From Octopus bimaculoides (taxonomy: Eukaryota): a DNA stretch of 64,000 nt. The stretch spans positions 191,465,024 to 191,529,023 of the forward strand of contig NC_068981.1 of NCBI RefSeq assembly GCF_001194135.2. Direction: 5' to 3'. Positions 1 through 12,584 of the stretch are shown here, one piece after another; position 1 is the first letter of the stretch, and each line of letters starts with the position of its first letter. The position numbers and the translations under genes are program-made. The notes beneath the pieces were generated by a model. The model was given only the letters and a program-made list of their open reading frames with translations. It was not told where the DNA came from and did not search any database.

Positions 1-379
1 ATTCACAACCTAATTTCTATCATTAGAGAAAGCTTTCTCTGATGCTTATGGAAATACATTTATTCTTTTAGTCTATATTCCAATTGGAATTATGTCACCT
101 AGGTAACATCAGCACACACTATAGTCTGACTAAAGCTGTATGTGTAGATACACACAAACACTATGTAGATACATAGTGTTTGTGTGTATGAGTGTGTGTA
201 TATTATAGAACATCTGTCATATTTGCTTAACATATGGGTTTGAGTTCCATGGGTAAACTTTGACCTTTTTCCATCCAAGAAGTACTTTAATCTAAATATT
301 CTCACCCTATTGTTTATAGCATTTTCTATCTCAAGTTCCACCATTAAAAATAATTTACTAAATATATACATATATATAT

Positions 380-716
380 GAGCGTGGCCGTTGCCAGTAC
401 TGCCTGACTGGCCTTCGTAGGATTTTCGAGCGAGATCGTTGCCAGTGCGCCTGGACTGGCTTGTGTGGGTGGCACATAAAAGACACCATTTCGAGCGTGG
501 CCGTTGCCAGTATCGCCTGACTGGCCTTCGTGCAGGTGACACGTAAAAGCACCTACTACACTCTCTGAGTGGTTGGCGTTAGGAAGGGCATCCAGCTGTA
601 GAAACTCTGCCAAATTTAGATTGGAGCCTGGTGTTGCCATCCGGTTTCACCAGTCCTCAGTCAAATCGTCCAACCCATGCTAGCATGGAAAGCGGACGTT
701 AAACGATGATGATGAT
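380..716 (+). mobile_element. 3' UTR/terminus of RTE-type LINE or its non-autonomous derivative, (GAT)n tail
   Basis: Same terminal sequence (GGAAGGGCATCCAGCTGTAGAAAC...CATGGAAAGCGGACGTTAAACGATGATG) as the RT-coding copy at 11015-12584. CpGs retained (young copy); flanked by TA runs on both sides. Confidence 0.85.
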
Positions 717-1080
717 ATATATATATACACACACACACATACACACACATACATACATAGGCGCAAGTGTGGCTGTGTGGTAAGTAGCTTGCTTACCAAC
801 GTACAATAGTTCACTTGTACTGCGAGGTTCTCCTATATTACCTTTTACTTGTTTCAGTCATTAGTAGACTGCAGCCATGCTGGAGCACTGCCTCGAAGAA
901 TTTTAGTCGAATGAATTGATTCCAGTATTTATTATTTCTTTTTAAGCCTGGTACTTACTTTATAGGTCTCTTTTGCCAAACTGCTAAGTTATGGAGACAT
1001 TAACATGCCAACACTAGTTGTTAAGTGGTGGTGGGAAACAAACACAAACAAATACACACACATTTAGATACATATATAAC

Positions 1081-2013
1081 ATCATCATCATGATTATAAT
1101 CATCCTTTAACATCCGTTTTCCATGCTGGCATGGGTTGGATGGTTTGATCTGTGTTGGCAAGCTGGAGAGCTGCACCAGGTTCCTGTCTGATTTAGCTTG
1201 GTTTTTACAGCTGGATGCCCTTCCTAACTCCAACTACTCTACACTGTTTGCTGGCTGCTTTTAATGTGGCACCACATGAGTGCTTGTATGTGGCACCAGC
1301 ACAAGATTCTCACAGTCCAATCCTCCTCACCAGGGGCTATGGCCTTAACACTTATATCATCATCATCATCATGATTTAACGTCCATTGTCCATGCTGGCA
1401 TGGGTTGGATGGTTTGACAAGAGCTAGCAAGCTGGAAGGATGCACCAGATTCCAGTCTGATTTGGCATGGTTTCTATGGCTGGATATCCTTCCTAATGCC
1501 AACCACTCCAAGAGTGTAATGGATGCTTTTACATGCCACTGGCATGGGTGCCATTTTTGTGACACCAGTATCTGCCACAACTACAATTTAACTTGGCTTG
1601 ATGGGTCTTCTTCTCAAGCACAGCATATATATATCATCATATAACATGTGTTGTCCATGCTAGCATGGACTGAATGGCTTGACCAGGGCTGGCAAGCTGG
1701 GGAGCTGCAACAGGTTCCTGTCTGATTTAGCTTGGTTTCTACAACTGGATGCCTGCCCTTCCTAACTCCAATCACTTTACAATGCTTGCTGCGTGCTTTT
1801 AATGTGTGGCACTACATGAGTGCTTGTACGTGGCATCAGCATGAGTACTTTTTACATGGCACCAGCACTGGTCTCTCATAGGCCAGTCCTCCTCACCAGG
1901 GTTTCTTAACACTTCTGCTGTGGAGGACAGGTCTTCTTGAGTATAGCAAGGCATCAAGTATCTCAGTCCTTTGTCATTTTGTCTGAAAAGTTCAACATCC
2001 CAAGGTCATCCTT
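1081..2013 (-). mobile_element. Cluster of three RTE 3'-end copies, the last running into degenerate ORF2 C-terminus before an N gap
   Basis: (CAT)n tails at about 1081 and 1360. The TTTAAC-TCC-TTTCCATGCT-GCATGGGTTGG terminus recurs; 1920-2013 resembles the RTE C-terminal coding end. Confidence 0.75.
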
Positions 2014-2884
2014 NNNNNNNNNNNNNNNNNNNNNNNNNNNNNNNNNNNNNNNNNNNNNNNNNNNNNNNNNNNNNNNNNNNNNNNNNNNNNNNNNNNNNNN
2101 NNNNNNNNNNNNNNNNNNNNNNNNNNNNNNNNNNNNNNNNNNNNNNNNNNNNNNNNNNNNNNNNNNNNNNNNNNNNNNNNNNNNNNNNNNNNNNNNNNNN
2201 NNNNNNNNNNNNNNNNNNNNNNNNNNNNNNNTCTAATTCCTCTTTTGCCTAACTTCTCTTTCATATATACAAGAGGCTTTTTTCAGTTTCCATCTAACAA
2301 ATCCACTCACAAGGCTTTGGTCAGTCTGAGGCTATAGTAGAAGACACTTGCCTAAGGTACCATACAGTGGGACTGAACCTGGAATCATGTGGTTGGGAAG
2401 CAAGCTTCTTACCACACAGCCACACCTGCACTTATATATATATATATGTATGTATGCATGTATACACACACACAAAATCATAAATATATTGCTTAGGGCT
2501 TAGAAAACCAATAAACAGGATATAAATTTCATTAAGATTGCACAAACACTGAATGGTAGACAATTATTTGTGTGATATATTCTCCTAAGTTGACTGAAAA
2601 CAAATATTTTAGTTGTCCTGAATATACTAGGGTGTTGAATGCACAAATTGTGTGTATTAGAAAATGCATTGTGGATGGTAAACAAATGTGGATACAGTTC
2701 GTCATTCTTTTTGTAGAGAATATGGGATGTATGTGTGTGTGTGTGTATGTGTGGCTGTGAGGTAAAAAGTTTGCTTCCCAACCATAGTTTCAGGTTCAGT
2801 CCCACTGCATGACACCTTGGGCAAGTAATGTCAAGCCAACCAAAGCCTTATGAGTGGATTTGGTAGACAGAAACAGAATTCTGC

Positions 2885-2916
<32 letters not shown>

Positions 2917-3403
2917 NNNNNNNNNNNNNNNNNNNNNNNNNNNNNNNNNNNNNNNNNNNNNNNNNNNNNNNNNNNNNNNNNNNNNNNNNNNNNNNNNNNN
3001 NNNNNNNNNNNNNNNNNNNNNNNNNNNNNNNNNNNNNNNNNNNNNNNNNNNNNNNNNNNNNNNNNNNNNNNNNNNNNNNNNNNNNNNNNNNNNNNNNNNN
3101 NNNNNNNNNNNNNNNNNNNNNNNNNNNNNNNNNNNNNNNNNNNNNNNNNNNNNNNNNNNNNNNNNNNNNNNNNNNNNNNNNNNNNNNNNNNNNNNNNNNN
3201 NNNNNNNNNNNNNNNNNNNNNNNNNNNNNNNNNNNNNNNNNNNNNNNNNNNNNNNNNNNNNNNNNNNNNNNNNNNNNNNNNNNNNNNNNNNNNNNNNNNN
3301 NNNNNNNNNNNNNNNNNNNNNNNNNNNNNNNNNNNNNNNNNNNNNNNNNNNNNNNNNNNNNNNNNNNNNNNNNNNNNNNNNNNNNNNNNNNNNNNNNNNN
3401 NNN
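2014..3403. other. Assembly gaps: N runs at 2014-2231 and 2917-3403 (others at 15222-15231, 58049-58741, 58940-59039)
   Basis: Read directly; gaps abut repeats and microsatellites. Confidence 0.99.
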
Positions 3404-3440
<37 letters not shown>

Positions 3441-3604
3441 GTATGAGATCGCTAACCATTGCACACATTTTTTTTTTCTGTCCTTGTTTCTTTCTGTGTT
3501 CCTTTCTGGAAGAGCGTAGGCTCGAAACGTTAAAGATTTTTTCAATTCCCGAGCGTTATACTAATACATCTGTTGGTTTTCTACACCACCTGTCTTCGTC
3601 TGTT

Positions 3605-4216
3605 GTTTTTGGGAGATATGCTGTGCTTGAGAAGACCCAGCAAGCCAAGTGAGACCATAACTGTGGCCTTGCCAGTGCAGCATAACCAGCCATTTAAGAG
3701 TACCCTGCAATCATTGGGCAATAAACTATGCTTATGAAGACCTGTTGAGGCAAGTGAAATTGTTGTTGTAGCCGATGAGAGTACTGCCCGATTGGCACCC
3801 GTGCCAGTGGCACGTTAAAAGCACCATTCGAGCGTGATCATTGCCAGTGCCACCTGACTGCCTTCTGTACTGGTGGCACATAAAAAACACCATTCGAGCG
3901 TGATCGTTGCCAGTATCGCCTGACTGGCTCCTGTGCTGGTGGCCTGTAAAAAACACCATTTGAGTGTGGTCGTTGCCAGTGCCACCTGACTGGCTCCTGT
4001 GCCAGTAGCACATAAAAAGCATTTAGGCATGATTGTGCCAGTGACACCTGACTGGCTCCTGTGCTGGTGGCCTGTAAAAAACACCATTTGAGTGTGGTCG
4101 TTGCCATTGCCAGTAGCACGTAAAAAGCACCCACTACACTTTCAGAGTGGTTGGCGTTAGGAAGGGCATCCAGCTGTAGAAACTCTTCCAGATCAGATTG
4201 GAGCCTGGTGCAGCCT
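3605..4216 (+). mobile_element. RTE LINE 3' fragment: ORF2 end (RYAVLEKTQQAK*) plus 3' UTR with about five tandem 60-65-bp units
   Basis: Translation matches the C-terminus of the copy at 11.6 kb. The unit AAAA-CACCATT-GAG-GTG-TCGTTGCCAGT-CC-CCTGACTGGCTCCTGTGC-GGTGGC repeats over about 3820-4125. Terminus is truncated at the palindrome at 4217. Confidence 0.85.
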
Positions 4217-4630
4217 GGTTCTGACAACCGGTGCTACTTAGCACCAGTTGTCAGAACCTACGGACATGTGGCATTATGAAACTAACTAATTATAAGACCA
4301 TGGATTTAACTAACACTCTTCTCTTCTATCCTCCAACTGAGATATTGAATTATGGACTTCACTAAAATGTAAGACTATTGAATTGACGAACATTTTTCCT
4401 TTTCTCCTTTCTCTTCCTCACGTTCTCTTTCTATCTATCTTTGCCATATAATCGTTCTGATGATGTCTGTCATTTGCAACGAGGTAAATGCAAATTTACC
4501 CCAGCTTGATATACTGAAACAGCTGTAAACATACTCTCTTCTTAATTAAATAATGACTTTATAACACCAATGATCCACTTCTCAATGTTTCTCTATTTCT
4601 TATCTTCTCTCTCTATATATTAAACCACGG
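4217..4630 (+). mobile_element. Probable Penelope-like element terminal remnant with 42-bp palindrome and hammerhead-type motif
   Basis: Near-perfect palindrome at 4217-4258 and CTGATGA...GAAACAGCTGTA at 4457-4527, a motif typical of Penelope-like termini. No coding part seen. Confidence 0.45.
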
Positions 4631-5461
4631 TTTTCCCTTTTAAATTACCTACTACCGTATACCTTATAACAAGGACCATACATACTGAGGTAATACCAGG
4701 ATTGGTGACAGGAAGAGCATGCAGCTGTGGAAAATTTGCCTCGATAAACGTCATTTAACTCCATCCAACTCAAGCAAGCATGGAAAAGTGGATATTAAAA
4801 TGACGGTGATAATGATTCCAATCCCCTTTCTTGCTCTCACTGTCCTGTACCCTCACTGCAATCCCCACTCCCTACTTGCACCTTCTTGACAACACCTGAC
4901 CGTACATATTACAACCTTCATACCTCTCTTTTTTACCATCACATCTATGCTCTGATCCTCATTACTTGTGAGTATACTCTGGCACTTCACAATCTCTCTC
5001 CTGCTCTCTTTTACACTTTTGCTGTTTCTTACTCTCTCTCTCTCTTTCCTTTGGCTGGGTAGCCATGTATCTCCTCTTTAGCAGCACACCTATTTTTGCC
5101 CTCATTCCTGGTCGGTCTCTCTCTCTTTCCCTCTCTCCTTCTCACTCGCTGAGTAACTATGTACCCCCTCTTTAGCCAGATACCTATTTCTGCCTCCCTA
5201 TTTCTGCTGATGTATTATTATTTGAATGCCTCACATGCGACTTCCTAAGAGGCTGGTTACACCTGAGTAGACTGGAGCAGCGAGAAAGGACACAATATGC
5301 TGACCAAATTAGGAATTGAACTTATGGCCTTATGATCATGCACCAAACACCCTAACCACTAAACCATGTGAATTTACTAATCTGCTTCTTTAATTCCAGA
5401 GCTGTATGTTATTAATTATTATTTTTTCATTTCTTTTTGTTGTTTTTTTTGTCTTTTCCAG

Positions 5462-5507
5462 AATCGTGTACCATTTATTAATTTACCAGATGAAATTATT
5501 ACTGGAG
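5462..5507 (+). CDS. Orphan 46-nt internal exon candidate (NRVPFINLPDEIITG in phase 0) of an unidentified gene
   Basis: About 35-nt polypyrimidine tract ending CCAG, donor GAG|GTAAAA, two frames open. No partner exon established. Confidence 0.45.
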
Positions 5508-5902
5508 GTAAAATATTATTTCTGAATTAGAAAATTTATTCTTTACATGGAGGTAATTTCATGACAATTACTTCTTTTGAGTTAATGATTGTATGTATAC
5601 ACCACAACAGCATGGTTCAGAAAGTTTACCCAGTTGTGTAAATCTAATGACATTCCTTTTTATATTCTGGTATCTGTACCTGATATAAATGTTGGTTGGT
5701 TTTTCTAGTCATGCTTTATATCATATGGAGAGAGAGAGGGAGAGAAAGAGAGTAAAAGAAAGATATAGAGATTTAACTCAAGAGGAGCACAATGAGTGCA
5801 CATTCTAGGCTTGCTGGCTGGTAACGTGTAAATGAACACCACACTCAGAGTAAGAGAGACAGTATCATAGAGACTATGAAGGAGAATGTGTGTGGTTGTG
5901 TA

Positions 5903-5937
<35 letters not shown>

Positions 5938-7079
5938 GTGGGATGAGTGTGTGTGTGTGTGTGTGTGTGTGAACTTCCAAAATATAAAGTTAACATCATC
6001 AACATCATCATCATCATTTAATATCCGTTTTCTATGCTGCTATGGATTGGATAGTTTGACAAGAGCTGGAGAGCTGCACCCAGTTCCAATCGTCTGGATG
6101 CCCTTCCTAATGTCAACCACTTTACAGAGTTGACTGGGTGCTTTTTAAGTAGAACTAGCACCAGGAGGACTGCCAGGTAGCTTGCCAGGTGACATTGAGT
6201 ACAAGCATCGTTATGTAGTTAAGAATGTCCCCTCACAACCATATAGTTCTGAGTGTGATCCCATTGAAAAGCACCTTCAGCAAGTATCTTCTGCTATATC
6301 TTTCTACCAACTAATATTTTATGAGTGGAATCTGGTTGTTGTGAACTGTGTGGAAGCCTGTCGTATCTGTCATTACCATCATTGTTTTGCGTGCTTAAGT
6401 AACTAGAAGCTATGGTAAAGACACTTAAGATGTCACACAGTGGGATTGGACCCAGAATCTCATGAATGTGAAGTAAACTTCTTCACAACTTGGCCACACC
6501 CATGTCCTTTATAACATAACATTGTATTAAGGACAAAGAAATTTAATTTCCTGGAGCTGATATTCTAAATAAAATATTTGCTAAGCTTTGTTTTTTCCTT
6601 TCCCCATTATATACATCCAAATTCCATCTGATAAATTTCATAGTTTAATTAGAGTGAAGTGAAGATAGTTAACTGTTAATTGCAGTAATTTGATATTATA
6701 ATAATTAGCAATCTTCTTTTACATTTATTAATTACTGTGCTAGACATAATGCTTAGTGGCATTTTCTGGATCTTTACGTTCCAAGTTCAAATCCTTCCAA
6801 ACTCAAATTTGCCTTTCATCTTTTTAGGGTCAATAAAATAAAATACCAGTTAAATACTGGCATTTGATGTAATTGACTAATCCCCTAATAGTAAAATTAG
6901 TGACCTTGTGCCCAAATTAGAAAGAACTATTCTTACATATTTTAGCTGTACAATATAGAAGGCTAAGAAATTAGAAACAGTGGAATATAAGGGAGTTTAG
7001 ATTTAGGAGATTAAAGGTCCACTAAAATCTACAGGGCAGTGAATTACTAAGTGAACAGTGTTATGATTTGTGAAATCAT

Positions 7080-8250
7080 GTGAAAATAGTCCTTTTATCA
7101 AATAAGGGTTTAAAAGTAAAAGCATTAGTTGTACATATTCCCAGAACATTGTAAATTACAACTGAGAATGTTTTCAAGACGAGGTCTTTGCTAGGTTTAC
7201 TTTTGGATCTCTCAATTCTCACTTTGCTTCCATGTTGAAATTTCTTGAACAAATTCAGCATACAGGAGTTCCCTTTGTCATGGCCTGAAGAATTATGATA
7301 AACAGGAGGAAGCTGAGAAAAGAGCCATGAGGTACACCGGCCTGTGTGATAAATTCCCAGCTAAACTGATTTACTCTTACTTTGCTGATGGCATCTCAGA
7401 TCTCACAAGCCATCCATGTAGACATAGTTTAATTAGTGATCACCAGACTACAAAGTGTAGTACCCTGTCAAGGGCCTCTCTAGGTCAATGAATGTTAGGT
7501 ATAGTAGCTTATTCTTAGCTAGGAACTTCTATAGTTATCTCTCTAGGAATAAGGCATTGGTGGCACTCTGTCCAGGTACAAACCCAAACTGGGATCTATT
7601 TCATTTCCTAATCAGTTCTGCTTTAACTCTTTCTGTTACATTCACAACTTGGTCCCTCTGTTTGATGTCTTTGTTGTTACTTCTCTCCTGAGCATCTCTT
7701 TTTCCCAGTAGCAGTTGATGACGATACTGCTATATCAGTTACAGTGTGGGTGACATGATCCTGTACTAATTGGTTAACTATGCAAGTAATTAACTTATTT
7801 ACTACTTCACTATTTTAAGCTCTTAGTCCAGTTACTATCACTGCCTTTATATCTTGTATCGAACTTTCAGACATATAACTGATTCCTTTGTTGGATCTAT
7901 TTAGAGGGGACCATTTCTTTCTCACATATTCTCTCATTCAGCAGTTGCACCTTGTAACATTTCTATGCCTCTTTGGTTAGTTCATTTATGTCATAGAACT
8001 CCAACAGCCTTGAACCCACTTCACTTCTTGTACTGTTTCATACCAAATGTCAAGTCACTGCAGACCTTTTACTTATCTGTCTCACCTGACTATAGTATAT
8101 GTACAGCAATAACTGTTATGGTCATATTATGAGTGACTAATCTCAACTTAATTATTCTGTCTCATACTCTGGCTACCTCAGTTACTTTATCTATTTCTCC
8201 ACCCCTCTCACCTTAGAACTATTTCTCACCGAGAGAAATTTGTACTTACA
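7080..8250 (-). mobile_element. Old degenerate RTE reverse-transcriptase fragment
   Basis: Minus-strand translation with stops and shifts: SQFGFVPGQSATNALFL..KFLAKNKLLYLTFIDLE..DAISKVRV..AGVPHGS, matching RTE RT motifs QFGF.PG.ST.DAIF / LAF.DLEKAFDRV / GVHQGS. Confidence 0.8.
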
Positions 8251-9387
8251 AATTAGTAATGCATATAGCAATGAATGAAGGTAAGGTTACATCAAGGTTC
8301 AATTCTCAGCCCCCTTCTGTTCAATATAATTCTCCAAATCATAACAGAATGTTTCAGACCAGCTTCCCATGTTAATGACCTAGTTTTATTTTAGAACTGA
8401 ATTGGTAGTGGTAGTAAGAGTAGTAGTTGCAGTGGTAGCATTAGAAGAAGAAAAATTCCAAACATAGAAACCTAGAACTAAGAAGCCTCTAAGTAAACCT
8501 AGCAAAGTTTAAATAATTAGCAAGAGAGAGGACAGGACTCTGTTACCGTTAGGGAAATGGCCATTCCTGGCATGTACAGAATGAGTAGTTAGTAATTCTA
8601 TACCCTTTACACAGTGTAAACTATGGACACACAAGATGTGTGTTCGATATATTTTGCTTTCCCTCATAAATTTCTGCTTCTGCTTTTGAAAGGAAGAGAG
8701 TTGATAGAGCAATCATTTGATGGATAATTTGTATTTTTTATTCTTAAAAATGTTGTCCTAGCTCCTAGTGAAATTTCTTTTAAGCAATCTTTATTTTTTT
8801 TTTCATATTACTGCCCTTGTTGAGAGGGGAAGGTACTTTTTTATCACAGTAAAAATGTTTATAAAACTCCACATTGGCAGCTTTTTCTTGTAGGTCAAGC
8901 CACCAAATAGAAACTCCTTCATTAGCTTAATGAGGAACAATTTTTGTAATTTAACAGATGATAATGAATTATTGAGCAAGCAACAACTGGGTCTGACAGG
9001 AATAGCAATTAGTTCATCCTTTTGATACAGATGTCTGAGATTCCCTTGTCCTAGTTCTCTGATACAAATCCCCTGTTTTAAAGTGAACTAGATTAAAACT
9101 TTCTATCAAAATTTCATGCTTAAGAATGACAAAGTTATTTGACTAAATTCTTCAAGCTCACTTTCCAGTCATGTGGTCTTATGTTCAGTCCCACTGTGTA
9201 GCATTTTGGACAGATGTTTTCTACTACAGCCTTGGGTCAACCGTCAACCAATGCCCTGTGAGTGAATTTGGTAAGCGGAAATTGTGTAAAAGCCATTGTA
9301 TATATGTGTATGTGTTGTGTGTTTGTGTGTCTCTGTTTCCTTGACCCTCCCCACTTAATTGTTGTTGGTTTGTTTTCATCCCCTGTA

Positions 9388-9546
9388 GGCACAGGAGTGG
9401 CTGTGTTGTAAGAAGCTTGTTTCCCAACCACATGGTTCCTGGTTCAGTCCCACTGCATAGCACCTTGAACAAGTGTCTTCTATTGTAGTCTTGGGCTGAC
9501 CAAAGCCTTGTGAGTGGATTTGGTAGACAGAAACTGAAAGAAGCCC

Positions 9547-9584
<38 letters not shown>

Positions 9585-9950
9585 TGTATATATTTGTGTG
9601 TCTGTGTTTGTCCCCACCCACCATTGCTTGACAATCAATGTTGGTGTGTTTAAGTCCCCCCTAACTTAGCAGTTCAGCAAAAGAAAAAAATAGAATAAGT
9701 ACTAGGCTTACAAAGAATAAGTCCTGGGATCGATTTGTTCGACTAAAGGCAGTGCTCCAGCATGGCTGCAGTCAAATGACTGAAACAAGTAAAAACATAA
9801 AAGAATGTAACTTAGCAGTTCAGCAAAAGAGACTGATAGAATAAAAAATAAGTATTGCGGGGGCAATTTGTTTGACCAAGCATTTCAAGATAGTGCCCCA
9901 GTATGGCCACAGTCAAATGAATGAATGAAACAAGTTAAAGATAAAAAAAG
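9388..9950 (+). mobile_element. Near-full-length tRNA-derived SINE (Octopus OK/OR-type) with partly duplicated tail, inserted into an older copy starting about 9160
   Basis: Head GGCACAGGAGTGGCTGTG-TG-TAAG (A box) ... GGTTCAGTCC (B box), central AAAGCCTTGTGAGTGGATTTGGTAGAC-GAAACTGAAAGAAGCCC, internal TA run, tail GCAGTCAAATGACTGAAACAAGTAAAA. Confidence 0.85.
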
Positions 9951-11014
9951 AAAAAGCAGTATATTTCAACAGATATATCATAACAAAAGAATTAAAGGTA
10001 TAAAACAGGACATGCACTGACTTGTGAGGAAATAGTTTTATTTAAGTGAATATTAGTTCAATGATAATATCAAAATCAATACAAAAAGATTAAAGATGAC
10101 TTCTGTTTGACATTTCTTGTCACCAAGAACTGCAATGAACCAAAGGGAGTTAATTTTCATATTTTTACGACAGTAAATTATTTGACTAAATTGTCACAAC
10201 ATACTTGCGCTATTGATATCATCATAATTTCTTTAACATTCACTCTTCCATGCTTGCATGGGTTAAACAGAATTTATTAAGGTAAATTTTCTACAGCTGA
10301 ATTCCCTGCCTGTTGCCACCCATCACCTGTTTCCAAGCAAGATAATATTTCCTCATTCCCAGACGTGTTTTTGCAGAATATTGGAAATAAATGATAGTCA
10401 TTTCCAATAATTATGCTATGTCAAGATAAAGATACACAAAACAAACACACACTCACACATAAGATGGGCTTCTCTCAGGTTCCATTTACCATATCACAGG
10501 CAGTCTCAAGTAGGTTTGTATCAACAGGGTTAAGCCTTGATTCATGATCATGACATATTGTCATACTGCACCCCCATACAATCCATCATCTACATCCTAG
10601 AATATGTAGTATGGCTCTCAACTAAACAGAAATGTGGTATAAATAAGAAAAAGGATGTGTAGGTCATGCTTTTATCAATCAAACTGATATGTGTGTGTCG
10701 AAGAACTGCTCATTCTGAGCTGCTAACCTAGGGTTATATAGTAACATCATCATCATCATCATCATTTAATGTTCGCTTTTCCATGCTTGTGTAGGTGAGG
10801 TGGAGTTTGTTGAGGCAAATTTTCTACAACCAGATGCTCTTCCTCTTACCAACCTTTACCAGTTTCCATGCAAAGTAATGTTTTCCTATAGTTAGACATG
10901 TTTTTTCATGGAAAACAGGAGACAAACAATCTTACTTGTATGCCTATGATGCTCATTTGCAACCATTACATGATGTCAAGACAAAGGTACTTACAAACAC
11001 ACACATATATATAT

Positions 11015-12584
11015 CATCATCATCATCATCGTTTAACGTCCGCTTTTCATGCTAGCATGGGTTGGACAGTTTAACTGAGGACTGGCAAGCCAGAAGGCTG
11101 CACTAGGCTCCAATCTGATCTGGCAGAGTTTCTACAGCTGGATGCTCTTCCTAACGCCAACCACTCCGAGAGTGCTTTTACGTGCCACCGGCACGAGGGC
11201 CAGTCAGGCGGTACTGGCAACAGCCATGCTCAAATGGTGTTCTTTACATGCCACCTGCACAGGAGCCAGTCCAGCGGCACTGGCAACAACCTCGTTCTAA
11301 TGTTGTCTTTCACGTGCCAGTAAGGCGACACTGGTAATGATCACGCTCAAATGGTGCTTTTTACATGCCACCGGCATGGGAGCCAGTCAGCGGCCCTGGC
11401 AATGATCACGCTTGGATGGTGCTCTTAGCTCTCTACTAGCACGGTTGCCAGTCAAACAGTGCTGTCATTGAATTTGATTTCGATTTCACTTGCCTCAACA
11501 GGTCTTCGCAAGCAGAGTTTAGTGTCCAATGAAGAAAAGGTACGCATAAGTGGGCTGGTTACACCACTGGCATAGGTCACAGGTTATGGTCTCATTTGGC
11601 TTGCCGGTTCTTCTCAAGCACAGCATGTTTCCAAAGGTCTCGGTCAGTAGTCATTACCTCGGTGAGGCCTAATGTTTGAAGGTTGTGCTTCACCACCTCA
11701 TCCCAGGTCTTCCTCTTCCACAGGTTCCCTCTACGGCTAGGGTGTGACACTTTTTCACACAGCTATCCTCATCCATTCTCACCACATGACCATACCAACG
11801 CAATCGTCTCTCTTGCACACCACAACTGATGCTTCTTATGTCCAACTTTTCTCTCAAGGCACTTACACTGTCGAGTATGCACACTGACATTACACATCCA
11901 GCTTCATTCCTTGGAAACTTATGCATGTCCTCAGCAGTCACGGCCCATGTTTCATTGCCATGTAGCATGGCTGTTCATACACATGCGTCATACAGTCTAC
12001 CTTTTACTCTGAGCGAGAAGCCCTTTGTCACCAGCAGAGGTAGAAGCTCTCTGAACTTTTCCCAGGCTATTCTTATTCTAGCAGCTACACTTTCAGAGCA
12101 CCCACCCCTGTTACTGACTTGGTCACCTAGGTAACGGAAGCTATCAACTACTTCTAGTTTTTCTCCCTTGAATGCGGCAGAAGTTGTTCTCTGCACATTT
12201 TCAGTGTTTATTGCTCCTGAGCATCTTCCACATACAAAAACTATCTTCCTAATTAGCCTTCCTTTGATATTTCTGCACCTCTTATGTGTCCATAGCTTAC
12301 ACTGGGTACATCTTATAGTGTTTCTACCTATGCATTTTCTACAGATTGAGCAGGGCCATCCACCTGAAGGGATTTGTGGTTTGTCTGCCTTCCTACTTAT
12401 TAGGACTTTGGTTTTAGGTAGGTTGACTCTAAGGCCCTTCGATTCTAATCCTTGCTTCCACACCTGAAACTTCTCCTCTAGTTCTGATAGTGACTCAGCA
12501 ATTAGAGCAAGGTCATCAGCATAGAGGTGCTCCCAGAGGCATCCTGTCCTGAATTCCTCTGTTATTGCCTGAGTGCTATAGTCT
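11015..12584 (-). mobile_element. 5'-truncated RTE-clade LINE: C-terminal RT region, Cys-rich segment, ORF2 end, repeat-containing 3' UTR and (GAT)n tail
   Basis: ORFs 11975-12463 and 11690-11968: WEHLYADDL region, KQGLESKGLRVNLPKTKVL, WPCSIC..C.QCKLWTHKRC, FRYLGD, LHGNETW, RRLRWYGHVVRM. Frameshifted, so non-functional. Confidence 0.93.

Noticed and set aside
99-1644. ORFs of 64-147 aa over the first SINE/RTE tails (similar ORFs at 15526-16053, 13309-13770, 48869-49063)
   Set aside because: They are translations of non-coding repeat sequence and recur at each copy.
1937-3545. Long ORFs in the ORF track across N runs (also 57790-58854)
   Set aside because: Artefacts of assembly gaps and microsatellite or minisatellite translation.
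3500-3545. Hammerhead-like CTGGAAGAGCGTAGGCTCGAAACGTTA
   Set aside because: Core deviates from CUGANGA, and the GAGC/GCTC stem consumes G8/A9, so the canonical fold cannot form as written.
3820-4125. Regularly spaced repeats as a CRISPR-like array (also the 24-bp array)
   Set aside because: Head-to-tail tandem units with no unique spacers, in a eukaryotic retroelement UTR or intron; no cas genes.
9388-9470. tRNA gene suggested by A/B boxes
   Set aside because: No cloverleaf or acceptor stem; it is the tRNA-derived head of a SINE.
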